Shown here: piece by piece, positions 1 to 9,400 of the stretch | How positions within the stretch are numbered: the first letter of the stretch is position 1 | How the letters are laid out: every line of letters begins with the position of its first letter | Source of the DNA: Hormiphora californensis | Lineage: Eukaryota > Animalia > Ctenophora | Assembly (NCBI GenBank): GCA_020137815.1 | Contig: CM035352.1 | Location: 5,580,001-5,644,000 of the forward strand | Length of the DNA stretch: 64,000 nucleotides | Direction of reading: 5' to 3' | The notes under the pieces: generated by a model | The model's database searches: none | Seen by the model: the letters and a program-made list of their open reading frames with translations, nothing else | Told to the model about the DNA's origin: nothing | Translations under genes and position numbers: made by a program

Positions 1-295
1 GGGTGAGTCGATCTTCAGCGGCAAAAACGCAAAATGCTCAGAAAGCTAATCTCTACTACCTACAACAAACTTGTCCAATTCTGATTCGGTCCACTCTCAC
101 TTTAAATGCATGGCCTGTTTTCACCAATAATGAATAATCGCTCATAATCAAGAATCGAGATTCAAGATTTAAATAGCAGGCAGCTCAAAGACGAACTTGT
201 GAGCTGTATGTGTTGTGAGTTGTTCTGAGCTGTGAGTGTTATTTGGTACAGAAAAAGACAATTCCGAGAATCCTTAGTATATTACTCTGAATAAG

Positions 296-1250
296 AAGTT
301 TACAAGTTTACAAGTTTACAAGTTTACAATTAAAGTTTTATTTATAAAGAAACAGGCCTTCCCTGAATGGGTCCACCTAAATAAAATCAAGTTGAAAAAC
401 TATCCCTTCACACTCACACTCATCAGCACAGCACAGCACATTGAGGCGAAAGGTCATTTGGAAGTGGCGGGTACCCTCTGACTGGAGGACGATCGTGAAA
501 TCCTGTCAAGTAATTGCCCAATGATGATTTGAACTGGTTCAAGCTCACACAAGAATTGACAGCAGCAGGTAGAGTGTTCCATAAATGAGCTGCTCTTGGA
601 CCAAATGAGCAGTGAAATTGATTAGCTCGTTTCGTTTCTGCTCTATAGGGGTAAGGTGGTGGGACTATCCGCATACCCAGTCTAGCGTGCTGTTGAAATA
701 CTAGGTTGGCAGAGTTAGGTACAAAACCATGAATCGTCTTCCACACATGAATCAGAATGTAGCGCTGTCTCCGACGCTGAAGGGACATAAGATTGAGCAA
801 TTTCAGTCTATCCCAATAGTCATGACCCTGCATACCATCAAGACGTCTGGTGAAACAACGTTGGACATTCTCAATAGCCTTGATATCACCAGCCTTGGAA
901 GGGTTCCAGACTAGGCAACAGTACTCAAGAATAGGCCTGACCAAGGACTTGAAAAGCTGTACCATAACCTCCGGAGAACGGTCCCGAAAAACGCTGAATA
1001 TCCAGCCACTCAAGAGGGAAGCCTTCCGCACTATGATAGAAATGTGCCTCGTCCATGACCCATCTGCAGACATCTGGACACCCAGATCACGAACATCAGG
1101 TTCGGGGGTCAACTGCACACCTGAGCTTGTAGTATATGAAAACACTTCAGCTGCGAAAGGAAACTGTCTGAGGATAGCAGACTTATTCAGACTATAGCTC
1201 AAGAGCTGAAATTTATCCTCATGTAACTTCATATTGTTCTTCTTTGCCCA
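296..1250 (-). mobile_element. 5'-truncated CR1/L2-group LINE (C-terminal RT fragment, ORF 423-1232) with (TGTAAACT)n 3' tail
   Basis: ORF carries CR1-group C-terminal motifs (LFKSLVRPILEYCCLVW, IENVQRCFTR, SLQRRRQR, HLWNTLP). An 8-bp tandem tail aagtttac lies at 296-329. Upstream of the ORF the frame reads WAKKNN and stops at the adjacent inverted-repeat element. Confidence 0.85.
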
Positions 1251-1634
1251 TAATAAAGTTCAAGAGCCTCCAAGAGCGCACCCCATCCAAGAGAGACCAA
1301 AATCAAGAGCGCACCACAATCAAGAGAGACCAAAATCAAGAGCACACTACAATCAAGAGAGACCAAAATCAAGAGCACACCAGAATCAAGAGAGACCAAA
1401 TCAAGAGCGCACCACAATCAAGAGAGACCAAAATCAAGAGAGACCAAAATCAAGAGCACACCAGAATCAAGAGAGACCAAATCAAGAGCGCACCACAATC
1501 AAGAGAGGCCAAATTCAAGAGCGCACCACATCTGGTATCTTCTGGATAGGGAGCTCTCTTGATTGTGGTGCGCTCTTGATTTTGGTCTCTCTTGGATGGG
1601 GTGCGCTCTTGGAGGCTCTTGAACTTTATCATGG
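1248..1634. mobile_element. MITE-like element with ~80-bp terminal inverted repeats and internal AATCAAGAG-based tandem repeats
   Basis: 1248-1330 (CCATAATAAAGTTCAAGAGCCTCCAAGAGCGCACCCC...) is the near-perfect reverse complement of 1553-1634. No clear TSD. Confidence 0.7.
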
Positions 1635-1984
1635 TTCCTTATTGAAACTGAAAAGAACAGGCAACTATTTTTAGTTTTTGAAAGTTGAAACTAATTTTTA
1701 AAAAATGAAAAATCACCAAAATTTTTTTTCAGGTTTTTCAGGTTTTTTTTAAGCTGACAAAATTGACATTCATTGCGCGGCGGGCTCTGTTGGCATGCGC
1801 TGCATAACCCCGGCGCGCGTTTTTCAGGCCATGGCCGGGATTATATTATGTTATTTCGCGAAATTTCGCAAAATTTCGTTTTTTTTAAAATAGGGCGCGA
1901 TTATAATCTGGGTGCCTTGCAGCCTGTTTACAGGTGCGCGCTGCCAAAGGAGTATACTTAGACCGACTTTTTTCAAACGGCTAT

Positions 1985-2208
1985 AAAGTCGGATTTTTTG
2001 AAACTGTCACCCCCCTTGAGTTTTCAAATTTCTTTAAATGACCATAAGTCCGGTTCCTGATGAGATAAAGACTTGAAATTTGGAGGTTATAAAGATCTTG
2101 CTAAGTTCTTCCGAACCTCCAAATTTCAAGTCTCTATCTTATCAGGAACCGGAGATATGACAAATTTGTTATTTCAGGGGGGTGACAGGTTCAAAAAATC
2201 CGACTTTA
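1985..2208. mobile_element. Palindromic MITE
   Basis: AAAGTCGGATTTTTTGAAACTGTCACCCCC and TCCGGTTCCTGATGAGAT...TTTGGAGGTT each have a reverse-complement partner arranged symmetrically about ~2100. Confidence 0.65.
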
Positions 2209-2482
2209 GCCACGCAACCACATGGCCAATTTGAGTAAACTAAACGGTAACTGATAGAGAATCGATAGCCCTAACCGATAACCCCAAACCAAACCCTAAC
2301 CAGACCCTAACGGATAGCCCTAACCCGTCGCGCGCGCTAAAACTACGAATTGTTAGCAATGGAAGGCACCCAGATTTTAACGTTTTCCTACAGCGTAGGA
2401 ATGGGAATGGTTGTGGGAATGGGAATGGTTGTGTGATGTGTGTCGTTGCTGCCAACGTCCACCGCTCACATGACAAGTCCGA

Positions 2483-2529
2483 TCAGTCCACCTCCCCGTG
2501 GTCCATCCTGGGTCATGCTAAGAGACTGA
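2483..2529 (+). ncRNA. Candidate HDV-like self-cleaving ribozyme core in the RTE 5' UTR
   Basis: P2 TCAGTC(2483-88)/GACTGA(2524-29); P3 ACC/GGT; L3 TCCCCGT; P1' CCATCCT; P1.1 GG; J4/2 GCTAA with putative catalytic C2518. The best P1 5' strand, GGAATGG (2398-2428, repeated), has one mismatch. Confidence 0.6.
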
Positions 2530-2593
2530 GGGGCAATGCGGCGTGTCGTGCTAGCAACTCGTCACGCTTTAAAATCTTGCTACGAATCTCTCG

Positions 2594-5500
2594 GTGTCCT
2601 CCTCAAATTTGGCGTCGGTGAAAGCTGGCAAGCACCTTATTCCGGACAGCGAGGTTAGGGTGACCAGAGGACGGGAGGAGGGTAAAGCTGGGTCAGGTGA
2701 TTCGGGGCCCTCCGACCTGATGGGAGTCTCGGATCTGGTGTCATTCAATCGCAGAGTTATTTCTGGCCAACACATCCCTGGTGTGGCCGCTCCGGGTTCT
2801 TTTAGTTCCTTTAGTTCTTTTAAGCCAATTAATGCAGTCCGTAATCATTTTCATCTGGCAACTTGGAATGTTTTATCTCTACAGTCATCATCCTCTAAGT
2901 TGTACGAATTATCAAACGCAGTTTCATCTTTCCAACTTGACGTTTTGCTTCTCACAGAAACGCACTGGCCTGGTACGGAGGTTATGACCCTGGATAACGG
3001 GCATCTTTTTATTAACTCTGGCAGGGCAGATGGTTTGAGGCGGCAAGGTGTTGGGTTGGTGTTATCAAAATCTGTCAAGAAGTCCTTAATTTCCTACAGT
3101 CCCTTCTCTGAGCGCATCATGGCAGCCCGACTGCACACCAAACATGTTAATATCTCCCTTGTTATTGCATATGCTCCAACCAATGATAAGGATGACGCGG
3201 TCAAGGAGGAGTTCTACAACCAGTTATCATCGGTTTTGGATAGGCTTCCTCGGCAGGACGTGGTCTTCTTGGGCGGGGATTTCAACGCGAGGGTTGGTGG
3301 CGGGCACTCTCTCCACCAAGTTTCTAATGACAACGGTGAGCGGTTGGAGGATTTGTGTGGGATCCATCAGTTGTCTATTGGTGCGAAGATGTTCCCTCAT
3401 AGGGATCACCACAAGGGAACCTGGAGATCTCCTGACGGTACCACTGTGACGCAGATAGACCATCTGTGTGTCGGCAACAAGTGGCGAAGTTCTCTGTTGG
3501 ATGTTAGGGTCCTAAGGAGTGCAGACATCGGGTCTGATCACTACCTGGTTCGGGGTAAGGTTAGGATCCGGCTGAGTGCAGCTAAGAACTGTAGGAAACC
3601 GGTCAGGGAGGTTCCAGCTATAGAGAATCTCAGGAAGGGGTGTGATGAGACACGCACGGAATACAATGTCTCTCTCCGGAACAGGTTTGAATCTCTGGAG
3701 CCTGAGGAAAGTCTGGAGGGTCAGTGGCGGCAACTTAAGGAGGTAATCGGTGAGGTGTCACTGGAGGTCCTGGGAGCGCGGCCGAAACGGATTCGTCAGC
3801 AGCACTTGTCTCTGGAGACTCGAGACCTCATCGCCCAACGTGCTGAGCTGAAGAAGAATGATCCCGAGGGTGGATCTGAGTACTCTAGGCTTAATAAGCT
3901 GGTCAAGAAAGCAGCACGGGTGGACGATGAAAGGTGGGCGGATAGTTTGGCGTCTGATCTGGAGGATGCTGCGGTGCACGGGCGGCAGAGGGAACTTTGG
4001 CAGCATATGAAAGATCTGTCAGGTGTGAGGAAACGCGGCGGTACTGCTGTTCGTGATAGGAACGGTGAACTCATCGCTGATCCTGTTCAACAGCGGGAGC
4101 GCTGGGCGGAGCACTTCTCTGAGCTGTTAAACCCCCCTGTAACTACATCACAGCTCTCGGATCTGGATGGTCTGGAGGTGGACCCGTGCTTTGAGGATCT
4201 TGGTGAGGATGATCCTCCGCCTTCTCGTGGAGAAGTTTTAGTGGCACTGAACAGGCTCAAAAACCATAAGAGTCCTGGCGTTGATGGGATCTCGAACGAA
4301 CAGCTACGGTATGGCTCGTCCGGTCTTGTTGGCCCCCTTGTGGATCTGTTTGGTGGAGTCTGGAGGGAGGAGAAGGTCCCGGAGGAGTGGTTAAAGGGTG
4401 TCATCTCGGTGATTCCCAAGAAGGGTGACGCCAGTGTGTGCTCAAATAATAGGGGCATCACTCTGCGATCTACCACTTCCAAGCTGTTCCAGATAATTAT
4501 GCTGAACAGGTTGTCTTCTGGTCTTGAATTGGCACTTCGAGAGAATCAGTGTGGATTCAGACGTAACCGGTCTTGTGTGGATCAGATTTATTCCCTCCGT
4601 ACCATCATCCATCAGTGTATAGAATATAATTTACCGTTGTATATAAACTTTATTGACTTCAAATCAGCATTTGATTGTATTAACAGGGATTTTATCTGGG
4701 CCGCATTTCGCCATTATGGTCTTCCAGAGAAGTATGTCCGGATAATTCGAGCATTCTTTGACGGTACTGTGAGTGCAGTGAAACATGACGGAGAGCTCTC
4801 CAGCTGGTTCAGTGTCCTCAGTGGTACCGGTCAGGGCGACATTCAGGGTCCACCAGTCTTCAACATCGTGATTAACTGGGCGGCTCAGCTTGCTGAGTCC
4901 AACAAGACTGTCTCCAGGGGTCTCACTCTTCACGGCGCTGAGAGTGATGAGGGTGGGGAATGGATCATGGATCTCGACTATGCTGATGACATGGCTGTAA
5001 TGGATGATACTGAGGAAGGGCTCCAGGAGTCAACAGATTTGCTGGTAAAATACGCAGGGTACGCTGGTCTGAAGATTAATGCGAAGAAGACCAAAGTTGT
5101 GGCTTTTTCAAAGGGTCTTAGCCAGCGCCCATTTTCAGAGGCGGATACGGTCAGCATCTCTGTGGAGGGTAATCCGGTTGAGCAGGTTTCCAGTTTTACC
5201 TATCTCGGATCGGCGTTGTCCTCTGACGGTACCATCGACAAGGAGCTTGGTATCAGGATAGGGAAGGCTTACAGTGCATTCAGTATGCTTTGTAGGATCT
5301 GGTACAACCGTAACATCAGGACTTGTACCAAGATCAGGATATACAGAGCTGCTGTTCTGACAGTTCTTCTCTATGGTTGTGAGGCCTGGACAACTACTCA
5401 GGTCCAAGATCGCCGGGTGGAGGCGTTCCACCAACGGTGCCTGCGTAGAATCCTGAGAATACAGTGGTTTAGGAGAGTATCTAACAGGGAGGTACTGGAG

Positions 5501-5809
5501 AGGGCGGGGATAGAACCAATCTCGAACTTCATTGGCAATGGGAGACTCCGCTGGTTTGGACACCTGATTAGAATGCCTGAGGGTAGGGTGCCCAACAAAC
5601 TCTACCACTGGGTGCCTAGTCATGGGAGACGTTCCAGAGGAAGACCGCGTAAAACCTGGTCCTCCTGTGTGCTGAATGATTATCGAGACGCTACGGGTCA
5701 ATCCCAGTCTCTCCGTGCAATTACTAACACTGCAGAGAACAGAAATGAGTGGAGACAGCTCACGTCATTACGAGCGAGGATACTTGGAGCCGGCCACTCG
5801 AATGATTGA
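2594..5809 (+). CDS. RTE ORF: apurinic-like endonuclease + reverse transcriptase (1071 aa, uninterrupted; true start uncertain)
   Basis: APE motifs ATWNV, LTET, YAPT, GDFNA, IDH, SDH. RT motifs KSPGVDGI, QCGFR, FIDFKSAFD, QG, LDYADD, FTYLGS. RTE-type C-terminus LRWFGHLIRM...RGRPRKTW. Confidence 0.95.
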   Translation: MSSSNLASVKAGKHLIPDSEVRVTRGREEGKAGSGDSGPSDLMGVSDLVSFNRRVISGQHIPGVAAPGSFSSFSSFKPINAVRNHFHLATWNVLSLQSSSSKLYELSNAVSSFQLDVLLLTETHWPGTEVMTLDNGHLFINSGRADGLRRQGVGLVLSKSVKKSLISYSPFSERIMAARLHTKHVNISLVIAYAPTNDKDDAVKEEFYNQLSSVLDRLPRQDVVFLGGDFNARVGGGHSLHQVSNDNGERLEDLCGIHQLSIGAKMFPHRDHHKGTWRSPDGTTVTQIDHLCVGNKWRSSLLDVRVLRSADIGSDHYLVRGKVRIRLSAAKNCRKPVREVPAIENLRKGCDETRTEYNVSLRNRFESLEPEESLEGQWRQLKEVIGEVSLEVLGARPKRIRQQHLSLETRDLIAQRAELKKNDPEGGSEYSRLNKLVKKAARVDDERWADSLASDLEDAAVHGRQRELWQHMKDLSGVRKRGGTAVRDRNGELIADPVQQRERWAEHFSELLNPPVTTSQLSDLDGLEVDPCFEDLGEDDPPPSRGEVLVALNRLKNHKSPGVDGISNEQLRYGSSGLVGPLVDLFGGVWREEKVPEEWLKGVISVIPKKGDASVCSNNRGITLRSTTSKLFQIIMLNRLSSGLELALRENQCGFRRNRSCVDQIYSLRTIIHQCIEYNLPLYINFIDFKSAFDCINRDFIWAAFRHYGLPEKYVRIIRAFFDGTVSAVKHDGELSSWFSVLSGTGQGDIQGPPVFNIVINWAAQLAESNKTVSRGLTLHGAESDEGGEWIMDLDYADDMAVMDDTEEGLQESTDLLVKYAGYAGLKINAKKTKVVAFSKGLSQRPFSEADTVSISVEGNPVEQVSSFTYLGSALSSDGTIDKELGIRIGKAYSAFSMLCRIWYNRNIRTCTKIRIYRAAVLTVLLYGCEAWTTTQVQDRRVEAFHQRCLRRILRIQWFRRVSNREVLERAGIEPISNFIGNGRLRWFGHLIRMPEGRVPNKLYHWVPSHGRRSRGRPRKTWSSCVLNDYRDATGQSQSLRAITNTAENRNEWRQLTSLRARILGAGHSND

Positions 5810-6426
5810 GGAGACCGTACCAAGTATCAAGTAAGTAAGTAGGCCAACCCGTGCCTTTGAATAGCGCTACCTCGTTTTTATATCACCCTGGAGCCTACAA
5901 ACACGCGAAAACGAGCTGTTTACCCGTTTGCAAATGTCTGGTGATAATGTGCATCAATTATACAGTTGAAGGGAGAGTTTGATATTTCACTTTTGTCCAT
6001 TAAATTTTCCAGAGCTTAACGCTTCGGGACTTTAGAATTAGACTAGCCCTAAGGCCTAAATAACATGCAAATCCTGGGACGTAACTCTTTTAAACTGTAG
6101 TGATTAGGTACTAAGTTTTAACATTACTTGAAGACCACGCTATGGACTATTTTCCAACCTCCGAAGAATCACAACACTTCGCACAGCTGATTTTCGAAGA
6201 GGAAGACGTGGAAACACAGGACCTTCACTTGATAAATGGATGTACAACTGTGTATATTGGGACCAGGACTAACTCGACAAAACTGTGGACGTGTGTCACT
6301 CGGATTAAGGGAGGCTGAGAAAACTTAAAATTGAATTCAGTTTTAATAATACCTTAATTTATCATTGATTTATCAGGGATCAGGGAGAGAGAAAAATTGA
6401 TTTGTTAAACTCTATTTGCTAAACAG

Positions 6427-9400
6427 ATGACCACTAAAATTGATATAGAATGTGCGATGGCTGAAGCTCTGCTTGGAAAGCTAGAGGATGCGATTACTAG
6501 CGTTCAGTTAAAATACGGTGGTCACGCCGGACTAGCTATTGAGGATGACTACTGCGTAGCTAACCTATGTCGCTGTTTAGAGAATGTGTTTCTTGATCAC
6601 GCTAAAATTAGGAAGTCTTCGCCACTGCAAAAGGTTTGAACATTGAACAGGCCGGAAGAAGCTCGACATAATAATACAGTGTGACGATAGGGGATGTAGC
6701 GAGTCTCAACTCAGACAATAGTATTTCAAATAATATAGTATTATTTTAAATACATTGGAGCGTGCTAACTGATAGTGGTGTCTGAAGCTAACAATAGTAT
6801 TTTCTTTCAGGAGTCCAATACAGATGTTCTGGTTTGGGATCTAATTTCACGGTTTCTACCTAAATCAGAGGTTTCCCGTTTTGAAAATGAAGCTTCACTT
6901 AATTCAGGTCGGATGATTTTACAACTTACATCACAGGGAAAATAATTAGACATTGATCTAACATTTGGTCTAAAATTTTCTAATGTCTAATAGGTATTGG
7001 TAGGTTTCGGAGCTGGTTGAGGAAGCACGTTGAATGATGGTCTGATGGGGAGATATTTGGAACAACTCCTACAAACCGACCCAAACCTTCTCAGGTATGT
7101 AGTCTCATAGTAGGTCTTACATGTATTTTGTAATTGTAAGTTGGTCCCTTACATGCTGTTTTGTTTTGGGATTTCACCTTCCCTCGGCAGTTTGCCTTGT
7201 TCGATCCTCTCTCTCTGCGCCCCGTAGAGGAGGGTTATAACATAAAAATCGGCAGCAATATAATATATTGATAAACGCTTCAGGATTGTACTATGATCCT
7301 GGAAGTATTATGTTGGACCCCTCCCTGAGCTCATGTATTCCATTATCAATATCCCGCATCAACACTGTCCTCTTCTCATTTGATCTGGATAGGCCCTCTT
7401 TTAATATGCCCCTGGTGAGATCAGAGAGGTGCATGTCGGCTACAATATCTGCAGACATTCGACAGACAGGTAACACTCGTGGTTGTGATGTTGTCTGTGT
7501 TCTATGTTGTACTGTACCCTCAGTCTTGGTGACGCAGCCACCCCTACACTAGCCGCGCGCAGTGCGGCTAAACGAAGCCTGCGAAGCAGGCTGAGTTATA
7601 ACATAATAGGGATGTCATCACCAACCCTCAGTCCTCTCTGACTACCTTCATTATTTAATATCTCCCCATGTAATTCACTACTCGACCAGGTAGCGGTATA
7701 ATAAAACCAGTTGGATCAGTAAAGGGTAAAAGGAGAAAGAGGCCCCAGATATGTGAGACAGAAGAAGAGACTGCACAGGGATCCAACCCAGCCATCTCAG
7801 TCCCTCCCTCTCTCCCTTTGCTGGGAGACGGACGGTTCTCTACAGCAGTGGATCTTAACATGCTAGTAGCAGATCTGGACTTCAACAGGGATCCCAGTAG
7901 TGACGAGGTATAATGAGTTTTTAGATTTCCAAACAATGACTTGGTGACGCTGTCACCCTTACAACTCCCGCGTGAAGCGCGGCAAAACGAGACCCGCGAA
8001 TCTAGTGAGTCACTAAATCAATACAATGACATTATAAGCCAGGGGGGGTTCAACCCTAAAAATTTGGCACTGTTAGGAATGGCCGACACTAACAATTTTT
8101 TGTTAGTGTTTTTTGTTAGTGACGTCACTAACAAAAAAATTGTTAGTGTTTTCACTAACAAAAAAGACTAACAAAAAAATTGTTAGTGTTTTCACTAACA
8201 ATTTTCACTAACAACAAGAATTATTGCATTATGTATTCATAATGCGGTGTTTCCCTGCCCCAGATGGGTGTAAAATTGATGACTAAGCTTCAAATTCAGA
8301 TTTTCCGATGAATTTTGCACTCTAAGAGCAATTTTTGGCTGATACGATGTTAGTTGCTATGGTAACCAGGGTGGTTGCTATGGTAACCAGGGTGGTTGCT
8401 ATGGTAACCAAGGCAGTTGCTATGATAACCAAGACAGTTGCTTAGGAGACCTTAGTTGGTGACCAAGCGCTTCACCTTTACCCTCAGGCCTCAGTTATCT
8501 TAACACCAGTCACTTACAATTATTGTGTGATAGTAGTTTCATGCTTGGAAGACTTGCTACCACGTCATGGTACGGCTGTAGGGTACCCAAAGTGATTTCA
8601 GGTGAAAATAGGAAGTGATACGAGTGAGTAATTGCGTGCCACAATATGTGTTAATCATTTCCTTTGTTGCATCAACAAAGTGTGAGTTGAAAGATTTATG
8701 AAGGAGCAGACTTTGTTGCTATGTGTAACGGTGGACAGACGGACAGACGGACATTTTAGTTAACTACACAATCTGCTGATTTCTAAACCCTGAATGATCT
8801 TTTTAGCACGTGCGTGCTAAAAACATCATCCCGGGTGATTGCCTTCGGCAATCACCCGGGCAGGGAAAAAATTTTGTTAGTGTTTTCACTAACAATTTTC
8901 ACTAACAAACATTTTGTTAGTGTTTCTAATTGGGGTGATGGTTATGAGATACGATTCAGGGACGCATTATTGGCAGTGTGAGACGATACGGGTTATGGAA
9001 CATGATTCGGTGAAGCTTATTAGGATGGTTAGGCGATATGAGACACGATTCGGGGAAGGTTTTCTTCGTTTTTCAAGTAACGATACATGGAAAATGAAGA
9101 CATTTGTGAGTAGACAAGGAATACACCAATTTCAAGAGAATAAAACTAAAAACACAAATCAAATAACTTGTCCACATTTAGTTGCTCTGTCCAACAATTG
9201 GAGTACAATACGAACCGATTACCCCACCATATGATCCTATCACCCTGCCACACGAACGAATTACCACACCATATGATCCGGTAGTGTCTGACTGTGGTCT
9301 GGAAACCCCTTACTGCACGAAGCTTTTCTGAATCACATTTTCGAGACGAATCCAACGCAACCGGAATTAGCTTTCTATCTTATTGGGAAGTTTGGGCTTG

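Larger units (their letters stand above)
2230..5841 (+). mobile_element. RTE-clade non-LTR retrotransposon, apparently full length
   Basis: Single APE+RT ORF, short 3' UTR and (AAGT)n tail at 5821-5841. Candidate TSD GGCCAA at 2224-2229 and 5842-5847. The 5' boundary is uncertain because 2230-2473 may be a separate repeat. Confidence 0.9.

Noticed and set aside
1234-1674. Repetitive ORFs (QERPKSRAH...) and CRISPR-like periodicity
   Set aside because: Tandem repeats inside a MITE; no unique spacers, no cas genes, eukaryotic context.
2268-2327. CCCTAA-like telomeric repeats
   Set aside because: Few, degenerate and interspersed; part of a repeat segment, not a telomere array.
2781-5701. Alternative-frame and antisense ORFs overlapping LINE ORFs (also 14684-16756)
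   Set aside because: Shadow ORFs of long coding sequences.
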